Source: Cenococcum geophilum (lineage: Eukaryota). Taken from it: 64,000 nt of DNA. The notes below the pieces were generated by a model, which ran no database searches, was not told the DNA's origin, and saw only the letters and a program-made list of their open reading frames with translations. The number at the start of each line of letters is the position of its first letter. Position 1 is the stretch's first letter. Positions 1-13,931 of the stretch are shown here, in pieces. The stretch spans positions 32,922,001 through 32,986,000 of the forward strand of contig CP158635.1 of the NCBI GenBank assembly GCA_050273025.1, given 5' to 3'. A program made the position numbers and the translations under genes.

Positions 1-1260
1 TATACTAATATTCTCCTAACTCTAAGCTAAGTAATAGGCTTAAGGTATAGGGCTATATATAAGGGCTTAGTTTTAGTGCTAGTTAATATACAAAAGCTAG
101 TATATTTTAGATTAATAAGTAAGAAAGCGGGTAGTATTTAGTTCTTTCTTAAATTAGTAGTTTACCCCGTAAATTACAGCTTAGACTTTAAAATATAAAA
201 GTCTAACTATTTAAGAGGGGTAAAGTAAATGCGCTATACTTTAGCTTGTGCTTAGGTATATATTCCCCTAATTACCCTAATTACCTATTTATAATAAAAC
301 CTATAGATATTTAGACCGTTACTTATTAAGGCTTTGTTATATAACTAGAAGTAATTAGCTAAGTTATAGAGCGCTAGCATATCCCCACTCCTAGCCTTTA
401 AAAATTTAGTATACTTCTAGTATAAAAGTTTTATATAATAATAAAAGACTTTACGTAAGGCCTTCTATCCTAAAAATAAATAAAAACTATAATCTAGTTT
501 TATATAATAAGGTATAGAGCTAGAGACGCGTTTAGTAGCTTTAATAAAGTATATCTTAACCTTAGCTATATAAGGCAATTTTAGATAATACTACGTGCCT
601 TTAAAGGAGGAGTTATACCTTAGCCGAGTTTTTTAAGGAAGTTTAAAGGTAGTAAGAGGCTTTAAGCTTTAATAAAGTCTATATATAGCTGCTACCTAGG
701 AAGAAAATTCCTCCTAAATAACTTAATAGTTCCTTATATATACCTCTCACAGCCTTAGCTTTTTTACAGCCTCCCCCCTTAAGTTACTAAGCTCTAGTAT
801 CCGGAATATAAAGTCTCCCTACTCTTGCTTAAGATATATACGTTTAAGGCATAACTAAAGTATATAGCAATTATCTCTAAGGAAAACCTTATCTAGTAGG
901 AAGTCATCTATAGCTTTAACCTTCTTAGGTAGAAAGACGTAATCCTACTATAGGCCATATACCTTAAATTAAAGGCCCTTATCTAGCGGGGGATTATTTA
1001 TAGCTTTAAAATTCTTAAATAGAAAGGTCTTGCCTTCTCTTTGCGCTTTATAGGTTATATTAATAGAACGGCTAACGTAAATTTTAAAACTACTAAGCTA
1101 GTATTAGCCTAAGAAGTAACTAAAATAACTAAGAACTAACCCATTCCTCCTACAATTAGTTTTAGTATAGGAGGATTTAGGGTTCAATATTGTGGCTTCC
1201 TCTAAGTTATTAGGGCTAATAGGTCGGTTAGGGTATTTAGGGTTTAAATATTTCCGTATG
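1..1260 (-). pseudogene. RIPed gene of unknown function, truncated by the window edge; paralogue of the gene at 27660-36870
   Basis: Positions 1-130 align with 27818-27950 (ctaagctaagtaataggcttaa...agggctatata...agggcttagttt). The de-RIPed minus frame reads approximately NQAL.HSP..QAHHSAQ.WE in both. Confidence 0.5.
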
Positions 1261-2289
1261 GCTTTCTCTAAGTCACTAGGGCTAATAGGTGTATTATAAG
1301 ATATCGCGTTATACTATTAGTGTTTAATATAAAGTAACTAAGCTTATAGTAAAATGATAGTAACGTTCGTGATATATTCTATAAGAGAGTATCCCTATTT
1401 ATATTAGTAGAGGTTACTAAAGCATTACTATAGTAGCTTACTAAAAGAAATAGATATATATTAATAAATATAAAGTAAATGCTAAAATATAGTATAAGAA
1501 TAACCGTAGCGCATAAGAGCTATAACACTTTTAACCTTTTATATTTTCTTACTATCTAGGTAAAAGCAGTAAGAGTTATACCTAATAATGTATTTACTAA
1601 GAGACCACCTAAAAAGGCTAATAAACGCCCTATTATCTAGTATTGTGGGAAGAATACTAGTATAAAGCCGGAAATTAGGAGTAGAAAGGCAAGTATAGTA
1701 ATACCGGTAACAACTGGGAAATCCTTCTTAAAAATAGTTTTTAAAATATTTATATAGAATCTCCACAAGAATAGAGCCTAATTTTTAGTTAGTAATTTAC
1801 TTTAAGAGGCTATATATATAAACCTTAATAGCTAGTCCAGTGCACTAGAATAGCTCCAATAATATATATAATAACTTAGCCGAAATAGGAGAGATGTTTT
1901 TAAGCTAGTAATAAAGGGAGACTCCAAAAATAGTTTAGAGAGGAAGGAAGTAAATCTTTTTTTAAAAGCGGAGAAAACACTATAAGGTGGTTAGTAAATA
2001 AAGCTATAAAAGCACTACTTAACCAAGAACAAGTAAATAAATAAATTTAGCGCTAATAAATGCTATAATAGGAAGTTTATATATTGTTTTAAAAAGTAGG
2101 GGTGTCCTACTAATAAAGAGATTAACTAAAGTAAAAAAGGGCAATAAGGTAATAAGGTGATAAGGCAATAGCGTAATAAAGTAGTAGGGTAATAGGGCGG
2201 CTATAAGGCTAGGTTACAGCCTAATTCCCTCTAACTATCTTTATAGAATATTGTGCCCCTTAATAGTAATCTCTTAGCGATCCTTTAGA

Positions 2290-2365
2290 AATCTTTTAGG
2301 ACTCCTCTATAACTCCTTTAGGACTCCTATATAACTTATATAGGACTCCTTTAAAACTCCTATAG
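2290..2365. repeat. Degenerate ~11-bp tandem array (taggactcct-type)
   Basis: Repeated taggactcct/aactcct units; reverse complement of the array at 5622-5680. Confidence 0.6.
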
Positions 2366-3169
2366 CGCCTTAGGAAACCAGCCTCCTTAAGCTAAAAAAA
2401 AGTAGCAAGAGTAGCTAGGGTCTTAAAATCAGTCTTAATAGCTATATTTATAATGCCGCCTTCTTTTATATACGCCTTCTCAGCCTTAATATCTCTAAGT
2501 ACCTCTTTTACTAAGGTATAGGCTTACTTAGCATACTTTCTATTTCTAATACTCTTACCCTAGCGGCTTATAATTCCCTATTTAATAAGCTTAGCCCCTA
2601 TAGCCTATATATAATATACTAATATAACGCGCATTATCTAAATTCTCACTCTTATTCCTCCTAATCTTTCCCTATTTTATAGTCTTGCTAATAATAAGCC
2701 CTAGTTTTACCTTCCTTAGTATCTGTATAATAACTCCTTTAGTATTATAATTCCTCCTAATTATAGGTAGCCTCTTTACTTAGTAATAAAGCTTAATAAA
2801 GTCCGCGACCTTAAAGATTTATACTAATTCCCTATAGTACCTAGCAGCCTCCTGCGCAAATAATAAGTATCCGTTATTAACTGTAGTAGGGATAGTTTAA
2901 AGCCTTTAGTCCCCTATATAGTAGGAACTATAAATATCTCTCCTATACTATAGAACACATATTTAGAGGTATAGGAATTATAAGTAATAGAACCTATCCA
3001 ATCTCTATCTACTAAAACTTAGGAATCCAGTATAACCCTATACGTCGCAATACCTTTAATGCGAAAACGCGGTCACTCTATAATCTCTAAACCTTACTAA
3101 AGTAAGCGGAATATTAGGTATTATTGGACTAAGAATAACGCATAAGCTATAGATTGTATATTATCTTTT

Positions 3170-4083
3170 AAAAAGGGGAGAAAGCCTTTAAAGAAATTTC
3201 CGTGTCCATTCTGCACCTGCTATTTTAGTAAGTTATATAATATCTAAAAATATATAAGGAAGTTCTATAAAGAAAAGAGTTAACTAGATAAATACTGCTA
3301 TATATATAAATAAGAGTTTTAAAGACTATTAAGTTTTACCTAGTATATAAATATTTATAAATTTAAGGCAACGCCCTCTAGTTCTTAAGCAGAGTTTAAG
3401 TAATTAGCATCGCAGCTATATAGAGAGCCGTTTGGGCGCACGTTAAGTATAATACCCTTAAGTTCTTTAGCGGAACTAGTATAGCTGCCTAATTAGAATA
3501 CGTTTAATACTACGCCCTTTAATTATAATTAAGATATATTTAATACTATACCCTTTAATAATTTACCGGAGCTAATATAGCCGCTATCCTCCTAGGGCAA
3601 TTTAAGCTCGTTAAGTGTAATAGCCACCAATTCTTTAGCGGAGTAAGTATAGTTATTTTATTAAAACACGTTTAATGCCACTCCCTTTAACAATCTATAA
3701 GAGCAGATATGGTAGCCGCCCCTATAGAATAACTAGAATACTTTAAATGCGATAGGGCAAGTACAGTTATTTTGCTAGAATACGTTTAATGCCACGCCCT
3801 TTAATAATTTGCTAGAACTAATATAGCCGCCATCCTCCTAGGATGATTTAAATCCGTTAAATACGGCACTCTTTAATTCTCCGGCAGAAGTATAGTTATT
3901 TTATTAGAATACGTTTAACGCAACACCCTTTAACCTTCTATTAAAGTTAATATAGCAGTTATTCTTCCTAGAGGGTCCTAGTATAATAAATACATTACTC
4001 TCTAATCTAGACTTAAATATTATAAGCCTGGCGTAAGCCTTTTAAAATCCCCGCTATAGCCTAGTACTAACTAAAGCATATTA
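3170..4083 (+). pseudogene. RIPed C2H2 zinc-finger protein with an internal peptide repeat region
   Basis: The frame from 3191 reads KKFPCPFCTCYFSKLYNI*KYIRKFY then KYCYIYK*EF*RLLSFT*YINIY (two C2H2 fingers after de-RIP). The same frame then carries NTFNATPFN repeats at about 3497, 3665, 3779 and 3908, spaced by multiples of 3. Confidence 0.6.
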
Positions 4084-4419
4084 GCGTAACTTATAGAACC
4101 GCCTCTTAAGCTTGCTAAATCGCCCCCCTTCTAAACTAAATCCACTTTTAATTATGCGCTACTAGTTCTCGTCTAGGCTTAAAGCAATATTTAATACTTT
4201 AGTAAAGGGATATATAGAAGAATCTATAGCTAGCTATAAGCGATAGTCTTTATTTCTTTTACGTGCTACTTAATATAGTTACCGCTTCTAAACTATATAT
4301 TTACTACTTCTAAAGTTATTATTTCTAAACTACTCTAGAATTTTATTACTAGTTTAATTATCTAGCACTCCGCGCCTAGGATACCCGGTCTATATATATA
4401 AAATCATAATCGCGTACAC

Positions 4420-5040
4420 TAGGGAAGGTGGTTTATTCTTAAGGAAAGGTCTTAACTATAATAGCTAGTAATAGCAAATAAAGCTAGAGGAAGTTTAGTA
4501 AATGCGAAAATATTTATAGGGTTTAAAAGTACATATATATTACCTCTATTAGCCTTAATATCTACTATTTTCTTAGTAGCTACTTTATAAGAATATACAT
4601 TAACCTAGAATATCCATATAATATTTTAATCTCCTCCTAAATAATAGCATATAGCCCCTATAAGATCTTTAGCAGAAGCCATTTTTTCCTATTTATAATC
4701 GCGCCCTAACTCTTTACGAGTTAGAGTAGGTTTAGATAGAAGGTAGGCGGTAATATAAAAGCTATTATCTTAAGCCGAGAAAAATATTGTTTTAACAGCC
4801 TAGAGGGATATTAGTCTCGCTTATAAACTTTAGAGATAGCTTACCTTATTTAAAACAATCTCCCTTTTAATAAAGCTTAATAACTCTAATAACTTCGCTA
4901 AAGGGGGCTTAATACTTATAGCTCTTTTAAGAATAAGAAACCCGTCTTCTATAAAAGCTTACAAAGCCTTACTAAGATCCTCTTTTGTAGAGAGCCCTTA
5001 CCTACTGCGTTTAACAACTTTAATATCTATATACTTGTTA
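4420..5040 (-). pseudogene. Decayed hypothetical gene
   Basis: Protein-like minus frame (GFLILKRAISIKPPLAKL...REIVLNKVSYL) with RIP-type stops; no family recognised. Confidence 0.3.
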
Positions 5041-5621
5041 CTTAGTCATTCTACTATTAGTTTAAGGTTATTATTATTTTACTACTTAAAATTTTAAGCC
5101 GCGCGGGGCAGGTTTAGTAGGGTATAGCTATAATCTAAAGCCTTTGGTACACGTAATGCTTTACCTAGTAAGATTAATAAATATTATTATATATTAACTT
5201 TAATAACTAACTATTAATATCTAATATCTCTAGCTTAAATGCATATAAGCTTATTTTATTAACCCTCTAGGTAATACTTCCTAGAGTTAACTGCTTTAGG
5301 CTAAGATTAAAGAAGACTTAAGCTTAAGCTTAAACTAAAATAATATCCTTAAGGAAGTGTTTAAATTCTTATATACCGCGAAATACTAGTAGTGAAATCT
5401 AGAGGAGCGTACTAGTTATAAAGTAGGGGCTATAAAATCGGTACCTTAATTAGGCTAGGGGTAATTAGAGGTCTAGTAGGTATTAAACTCTTAGTTTAAA
5501 AATAAGGAAGGTTAAGTTTAGACGGAAAATAACTTAGTTTAAGTACTAATATCTATCCTCTAAAACGATAAGTGGATTTTAAAGATAGAGGTCCTAGGAT
5601 TGCCGTAAAATCACTAAGGAA

Positions 5622-5680
5622 TTCCTATAGGAGTCCTATAGGAGTCCTAAAGGAGTCCTATAAGAGTCCTATAAAAGTTT
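5622..5680. repeat. 11-bp tandem array (ataggagtcct)
   Basis: cctataggagtcctataggagtcctaaaggagtcctataagagtcctata. Confidence 0.7.
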
Positions 5681-6782
5681 TATAAGGTTATTATAGGGCT
5701 ATAATAGGATTGCCAAGAAATTACTAAGGGATTGCGAGAGAAGTTAATATAAAAGGTAAATTTCTAAAGGTTTAGACTTATAAAATATACCCTAATATAA
5801 AAATAACTGGCCGGTTTAAATAGTTTCCTTATAATACTCTTTAGCTAAATTATATTCTCTGCTTTATCTATAATATTAATTAATAGTCTACTATACATTT
5901 TAATAAGCCGACCGCCTAATCTTTTTAGCTACTTTAAAGCTTACGGCAGTCTTTATCCGGGTAGTTCTCTCTAAATTATACTGTAAGCAATAACCCTAAA
6001 ATAGATTAAAAGGTCTCTATACTTACATCTCTATAACGTTAGGAGGACATAGTTTATATATCTCTTAGTATTTTAGGCACCACGTTTTTACTCTATTAAT
6101 AAAATAGCCGCATTTAAGCATTATTTAAATATAGTCGCATATTTTATAAGGTAATAATAATAATTTTTTGTCTAGGTAAAGTATAGGCAATATATAGATT
6201 CTAATATTAGGGCTATTCCGGAATTTATAGTATATATATACTACTTAACACGCGGCCAAGATAGGAGATAACAAAGGAGATGTGTTATAGGAATGTATAC
6301 TATTAAAGTCCTTACTTTTAGGACTATATATATAGCCCCTCATCTACCCTAGCCACCTAAGTTTATTAATTTTCGCCTTATATACACGTTAAGATATATT
6401 TATTTTATACCCTTATAATAGCAACTAGTAAGCCAATTTTATAAATAATGCTCCCTTTCTTCCGTATAATTGGAAATTATATAACCATAAATTAATATAA
6501 AAGGATACTTAGCTCTAATCTCTACGCTATAATTTCTAGTATAATCTAGTAATTAGTCTATAGGAGTTAAACCTTATTAGCCCGCACTAAGTATATTTAC
6601 CCTTTTCTTACTTTATAGCAATCTCTAGAATCCTTCCAATCTCTATATACTTTCTAAACTATTTCTCCCACCACTCTTTTCTAAGTCTCGTTCTCCCTAT
6701 ACAGAGAGAAAGCTAGTTAATAATGTTTAAAGCGCCTATTTTAGGGCGTCTTTATAAGGGGGAGGTCTCTAAGGCAAAACAA

Positions 6783-7910
6783 ATGGCACTTATTACTACT
6801 GCTGTATACTTTTCCTCCCCTATATAGTAATATTAGAGACCACACTATGCCAAATTTCTAGGAGATATACTAACAAGCTTTAAAAACCTTTTTAAATAAG
6901 AAATTGAAAATCTAGATAGAATTGTACTTATTATAGACAATGCTTTTAAAAACGATAAATATAAGATAGTTTATAACGCACTTAAAAGTATATATCCGCC
7001 TATAGAGAATACTAAGTTTATAATTATTGGCGTTGCGATTTTATCCCTACTAAAAGGTTCTAATTAGAGCAGGTAGTTCTAGCCGGAAAGTAAATATTAC
7101 TAAGTATTACGGCGATTGCAGGGCTTTATTAATACTGGCGTAAATATTAATAAGCTATAGGAGGAAGCCCTAAACCCAAAGCAAGACAAAAGTAAAGAAG
7201 CTATATTACTCTATACGAAATATACTAATTTAGCTAAGTTAAAGTATAATACCTTACCCCCTTAAATCTTAGGATTAATTTTAAACTTTTTACCTAAATA
7301 ATAGGTGGCTTTATAAATCCGGGCCTTACTATATACTTTAAACGCTAGCACTATACCTAAAATACTAGGGGCGTAGGCACGCTAAAGCCTTTACGTACTA
7401 GTTTAAAGCGATTTTAGTTTTTAACAGCATTCCGCTTAGCGTTTCTTCTATAGCGGGTAGTAAGACTTTCTATACTAAATACGGGTTTAAGATAAAGGAG
7501 GAAGTCCCTATACTAGAATATTAAAATTATCTAAAAATCTTTTTTTATATATATATTTTCTAACCATCTATATAGCGTATCCTAGTAAATAAAAGGGAGT
7601 TTGCTAATAATATAGGATATATAGTAGATAGCATAGAATAGCGGAAAGAATTTAAAGACTTTAAGGTAGGTTTCTCTCCTATCTAGACTATCTTTTAAAT
7701 TAACTGTAAATAGGACTAAGCCTAGATTAAGCTCGGATCTCTACTACTAGGCTACCTCTAAAATTTCCCTAAAGCATAGAATAATATTACGGAGGAAGAA
7801 ATAAGGGCCGTAGAATATAGAATTATCTAAAATAGAAACCAAAATAGGCAGTATATAAAAGGATAGTATATAGAGGATAAACGTAAGTCGTATAATAGGA
7901 TTGTTTAATT
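6783..7910 (+). pseudogene. Decayed hypothetical gene, possibly with an F-box-like segment
   Basis: ATG at 6783. A protein-like frame includes LAKLKYNTLPP*ILGLILNFLPK; stops are of RIP type. Confidence 0.3.
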
Positions 7911-9559
7911 TTATATAAAAGCTATCTATAAGGGAACTTTAAAGGTAATCCTAGCCGGGGAATAGGCGAATATAATATAATACTACTAGAGTAGCACACA
8001 AGCGTTAAGATCGTTGTCTTTACCCCTCTTTATAATACTAAAAAAGTAGTTAGATATATACTCTAGCAGAATACCCTAACCGTATTAGAGCTAAATTCCA
8101 TTATACTATAATAGGACAGTTACAGCGGAGTTTAGCGGAAAATCTAGATAAGATAACAATTTATAAATATATTTAGCTTAAGTTTAGGGCTAAGTTATTA
8201 TAAAAGAGCTCTCGCTAAGTAGGCTAGTATACGCCGTTTATTAAGCCTAGGCCTTCTATATTACTAAGCGTTAGTTAGTTAATCTATTTAGGGGCTTAGC
8301 TATTAAATTTTGCTATATTAAGAATACACTATATACAATTAGGAAATCACGTAAAAAGAACTATACTTTCTTTACTAATCCTAGTATTAAAACAGGAAAT
8401 TATAAAGGCGCTTAAAAATATCTATAGAAAGTAAAATATAGTGCTTAAGTATAAGGGGGTGATCCTATTTAACTTAGCCTTTTACTACTAGTTGCGTAAA
8501 AGGCGGTTATAGAACTAATTTTAATATAGTAGGCAAAAGTAGGTATATAAAATTGAGCCTAGTTTTATACGCGTGTATATATAGTATTTAGTATACATTA
8601 TACCAGGTTAATAGACGCCATACTAACTACGGTAAAAGACTATACATTAAAAAACTTCTCTAATTCTACCGCTACTATAATTATAGACGCCTTAAATTTT
8701 CTTCTTTACTAGATATAAAGCGACTTTTTTTATAAAGGCTAATACTCGCTAGTTATATAAAGTGGGGCGTAAGCTAGGCTAAGCTAATACTGCCCAAATC
8801 ATTTTTACATCAATCTCTTATTAGGCATCAATGTCTTAAGCACTTATACGCCTATTAGACTCTATAACTTATTTATATTCTTAAATACTTTCTACTCTAC
8901 TCTATTTAAGTATATAATTTACCTCTTTTACACCTCTTTAATCTCTTTATCGCGCAGAAGCTGTATACTTACTATTACCTATACTAGTTTTTCCTTAGCT
9001 AATAGAATAGGTTGCTAAATCTATTATATAAGATATAGCCTTTATTTACTTCCTAACTAGTATATTTCCTACTAGAACCTCCTAGGGCCCATTTCTATAA
9101 CAACTTTAACGCCCTTACCCACAATCCTTAGGTCGCTATTTCCCCCTACTTTAGGTCCTTTTTAATAGCGCAAACCTATATAGAGAATATATACTACTCC
9201 TAGATAGAGCTTAGCTTTGTCTAAATTTACACTATCTATCTACCAGCAATATATTCCCTCTTAAAGTCATACCTTTATATAATTTATTATATCTAAAAAG
9301 GTCTATTAAAGCCAAACCTAGTTAAATAAACTTTAAGCTAACTTGGGATTTATATATAGGTTAGGGAGGGAGAAAAGCTAGACTATATATTATTCTATAT
9401 ATTTAATGCGGTAGATTATAATTAAACAATAATATTTAGAGGCGTATTTATTAGGATCTCTAATCCTAAAGTACCTAAAGGCACTAAACTACTTAAAGAT
9501 ATTATATAGAATAAATCGCATCCTGTTCCTACTAGGTGTAGGGTTAAGGTAATAAATAG

Positions 9560-10649
9560 CTGGGTAAAGATAACACCTAAATCCGCTAAAGCTTAAATAA
9601 GTTATATATTAGAACCACCTCTTAATAACTAACCTAGAGGGTAATAGAGATATCCATGTTTTCTCCCTTAGGAATTAGCGTAGTTAAATATTCTATTATT
9701 AGAAGTCCTAGTCTTCTTTCCTTTTCCTATTAATTGCTGGTCTAGACTGCCTTAAAAAAAAAGTCGCCTAAAAGGGGGATATAATTAGTAGGCGCGTTTA
9801 TAAATGCGTATTAAATTTCTATAGTATATATTATTAGCACAGCCTTTAATATAACAAAGGTAAATCCTACTTACGTCTATATATAGGCTCATTAATACGC
9901 CTCCGTTTCCTTAACCGATTTAATACTATAGGTTTTTCCCTATCCTCTATAGCGGCTAGTAGCCGTCAGCTTTGTGCTTAAAAGTTCTCGCTAAAGTAGA
10001 CCTTACCTTTTAGGAACTTATAATATTTTTGGGATTCTTATAACAGCTCTTTAGTTCCTAAACCATTTAGTATATAATATATATTAGATAGCTACACCTA
10101 AATATCCTCTAGGTTAATCCGCTTAACCATAAAGTTAAATATATCCTTTAATATTAAATTTACCGTCTATATAGTAGGGTTAAAGGCCACTACCTAGGAA
10201 ATTATCCCGTTAGGACTTAGGCTATAAATCCGCTTACACCTTTCTTAGGTCGCCTATTTCCTTATTTAAGTTATATCCAAATTAATAACCAAATCCATTA
10301 GACCGCTAAAGAAAAGTGCTATATTTTTTGCGAATATCCCTTAATTCTTTAAGTTTAAACTAGTAATAGTGTCTTTTCTGTTCTCTTATGCCTGGTTTAA
10401 CCGCTATTTGCCCTCCTTATAAGCCAACTCTATACGTCCTTTTTTAAGTGCTTTAATCTCTACCGGGAGCTTTTCTATAGCCTTAAAAAGCCTTATACCT
10501 AAATCCTTAATTATTTAATAGTTGCTTTTTATAGAATATATATAAGAGCGCGGGACACTATTAATAACCTATTTAAGCTTCTTAGTAAGGTCTACAAGTT
10601 ATAAGATAAATTTAGTAGTCGCTATATTAGGGGTTAATCTAAACGTCAT
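9560..10649 (-). pseudogene. Decayed hypothetical gene
   Basis: ATG at 10649, frame MTFRLTPNIATTKFIL*LVDLTKKLK...ERCKRIYSLSP with only RIP-type stops over about 150 codons. Confidence 0.4.
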
Positions 10650-12194
10650 AAACTAGGTTAGGAAAAGAAGTAGTTCTAAATATCTCTTTAAGGATGATTA
10701 GGGGCGGGGGCTATTAAGAATATTATTATCTTATACATATCTGCAAGCTTTTATTATAGTTAGGTAACTAGGGTAGCTAAGGGGTAATATACCTAAGTTT
10801 TATAAGCTAGGGTGCAATATGTCTATTTACCCCTTCTTTACTATTTAGCGACCCCGAGTTAGGTTAAAACCTTTACTAATATTTACTACCTATAGCATAT
10901 GGCGGGAACTTCTTTATACGTAAGAATAAAAATGTAGAGTAAGTAGCGTCTTCCTATATTTATGCGGTCTAGTAATTTAGATTTAGGCTGCCTTTACGCG
11001 CAACTTTGCATTTTATATTGTTTGCAGCCCAGCTTAAGTCTATATATACTCTTATTACTCTAATAAGAATTGTTATATAGCTCGGCCTTATAGATATACA
11101 TATATGACCTCTGCTTAGTATTTCACCAACTAATATATAAAAAGACTATTAAAGGCCTCTAAGGACCTCTAAAGGCTTTTAAAGACCTTTAAAGACCTCT
11201 AAAGGCCAGCAACTATAATACACCTATTAGAGGCAAGTAGCACATAACCTACCCCTTCTATATTATCAATAATCTAACTACTACCCCTAGATACCTATCC
11301 CTATAATAGATACGCCTAATATAGGCAAAACTTCAATCTATTAGGTTCTAATAGTAGGGGAAACTATTCTTAAGGAAGAGAAAAGAGGAAAGGTCTCCTA
11401 TATAGGATAGAAAGAAGAAAATTTAAAAGAGGTAAAGGTAAGTAATTGCCTATATATTAGGTAAGCAGGTCCCTAATATCTTAAAGATTTATAAAATTAT
11501 CGCCATTATATATATTATGCCTAATATTCGCCGGCTTGCGGTTCCTATATATAATTTATTTAATTAGCTTTTTTTAGGCGAACCTAGCTACTATAGTAAT
11601 AGAGTAATTCTAGCGGAATTTAAGTATAAGGGAGCATTAACAAGGTCTAAAGCCTATTCCGGCAATATAGTATTTATAAAAGGTAGAAAGGAAGCTTTAG
11701 AGCAATTAGAGATATATATATAGGAGCTTAATAAAGCCACCTAGGCTGCCGCGCCTCCTTTCGCGTTTAAATTTATATACTAGGCTGGGCCAATACTTAT
11801 AGCAGCTATAGTACTTCTATATAAGCAAGAGTGTCTTCTATAGTTATAGGCCCGCATTTTAATAAATATAACTAGATAACCTAAGGTGCCTACTATCCTC
11901 CTAAAACCGCAATTGCGGGTAACTAGTGCGTAAATGGCTTTTATTCCCATATAGGGCATAAGTATATATACTTGCTTACTCCTATAATAATAAGGCCTAT
12001 ATAGGAGGCTATAATAGAGGCAAATTGCTAGTAAATCTGGGAATAGGAGAATAGAAGCCGTAGGGCATTAGTTCCTATAGGGGAGAGGAAAACATAGCTA
12101 TGGGCTCCCATAGGGGAGTAAAAGCTATATAGAAGTGTAAGCCGTAAGGGATTAGTTCCCATAGGGCGGTGGAATATATAGGCATTAGCACCTA

Positions 12195-12480
12195 TAGGGG
12201 ATTTATTAGAGTAAGGGATTTATTAACGTAGGGGATTTATTAGAGTAGGGGATTTATTAAAGTTGGGGATTTATTAGTATAGGGGATTTATTAGAGTAGG
12301 GGATTTATTAGCGTAGGAGATTTATTAGCATAGGGAATTCGTTAGAGTAGGGGACTAAATCCTATAGGGGATTTATTAGAGTTAGGGACTAATTCCTATA
12401 GGGCGGCGAAATACGTGGACAATCGCTCCCGTAGGGGATTTGTTTAAGTAGGGGACTTATTTAAGTAGGGGATTGGTTAG
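12195..12480. repeat. 17-bp minisatellite (ggggatttattagagta)
   Basis: Units start at 12197, 12214, 12231 and onward; degenerate at the flanks, with related longer units back to about 11995. Confidence 0.85.
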
Positions 12481-13738
12481 AAGATAGGATTAATTCTCCT
12501 ACAGCCTTTATTTAGGCGGTATAAAGCGGCTTTTAATAGGCTAGAGAGTAGATTACGCGCTTTATAGAAAAATAAAGCCTATATAGGATAATAGGGTATA
12601 GGGACTTAATAATTTGGCGGAAGATTAGGTTATCCGCTCTTCTAATTTTTATTTAGCCTAGGTAACTCGCCCAACGCTATTTTATATACGTTTTAATTAA
12701 GGCTACTACTTAGCCTTAGCCGCCTTAGCCGCCTAAATCTCTATAAAACTTTAACTTATATAGTAGAAGAATATAGGATAATAAAATGTTATTTTATCTA
12801 CTCTGCTAACACTTCTAGATCCTTCTATGCTTGCTAGAGAATCTCTTTTATCTAGAAATAAAGCGCCCTATTTTCCTTCTCCTACTTCCTATTTATTAGG
12901 AAAACTACCTTCTGTACCTTATTAACCTATAGGACTAGCAGCTAGTAGTAAGGTATAAATGCCTTAGCTATATAGTTAAGAAAATACCCCTCCCTATTTA
13001 CTAGCCCCGATTTTAACTTAGCTAACTTAGTAGTATTATTATAGTTTTAACGCTTAAACTTAGTTAGACTAATACCTTTACCCGGCCTATTATAGTATAT
13101 ATATATCTAGAAAAGCACCTAGAAAAACGACTCTAAATTATACCTAAAGGAGTGTTTCTCGCCTAGAAGCACTCCTATAGCTATAAACGCTCTTATATTA
13201 GTCTTGCCCCATACTTTTAAAGGTCCTTCTTACTTCTCTTTAATCGCGAAATTGAAGTCAATTAAGAATGCCGGCTAAGAAGGATTATTATCTTCCTTAT
13301 TTATTATAAGGTTGCCTATTAAAATATTATATTAAATAATACCGGCCTATATATATAAAGACTTATATCCTTTAATACCACCCTTTAGTGCAGTAAGTAT
13401 TGCAGCCCAAAAGCTTACCTTATAAAGAGGCTTTCTATAGTTACTAGTAATAATATATTAGTATACGCGATTCTATATAATAGGGCGCTTAGTTAGAGAG
13501 GTTAAATACAGGCGCTTACTAGGCGGTAATAGGGCGCTACAGCTAAAAGACCTATTTTTACTAAAACTTTAACCTTTTCTTATACTTTCTTGCACTCCTA
13601 CTAGTCTAGGAGGCATTATTAGGCCTTCTAGCTTATAGTTTGTCACTTTTATAATATATAGCCCCTTATAAATATTAAAGATATTATTATCTTATTTACT
13701 TACGCGAATAGTCTTATAGTAATAGTACCTAGCTATAT

Positions 13739-13931
13739 TGTTACGGGGCGGGGGCAGTGGCTACAAAGCGTATATATTTAAGGAGTCTATAAGACATTAC
13801 GCAATCGATCGTAGGGGTTAAGGGCGTAAGGAGGTGATATACCTACGCGTAGCTGACATAAGCTATACGCGAGGTATATATAAGAGTATAGGGCTCTCCT
13901 ATAGAGGCCCCTGCAGTAGGGTTCCGTAATA
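13739..13931 (-). repeat. 3' LTR of Gypsy element 1 (193 bp)
   Basis: tgttacggggcggggg...gttccgtaata; direct repeat of 19882-20074, differing by transitions only. Confidence 0.95.

Noticed and set aside
11150..11210. 10-bp repeat aaagacctct (similar short arrays at 2135-2200 and 23180-23410)
   Set aside because: Short, degenerate low-complexity arrays with no further structure.
12195..12480. Coding NESPTL-like peptide repeat
   Set aside because: The period is 17 bp, not a multiple of 3.
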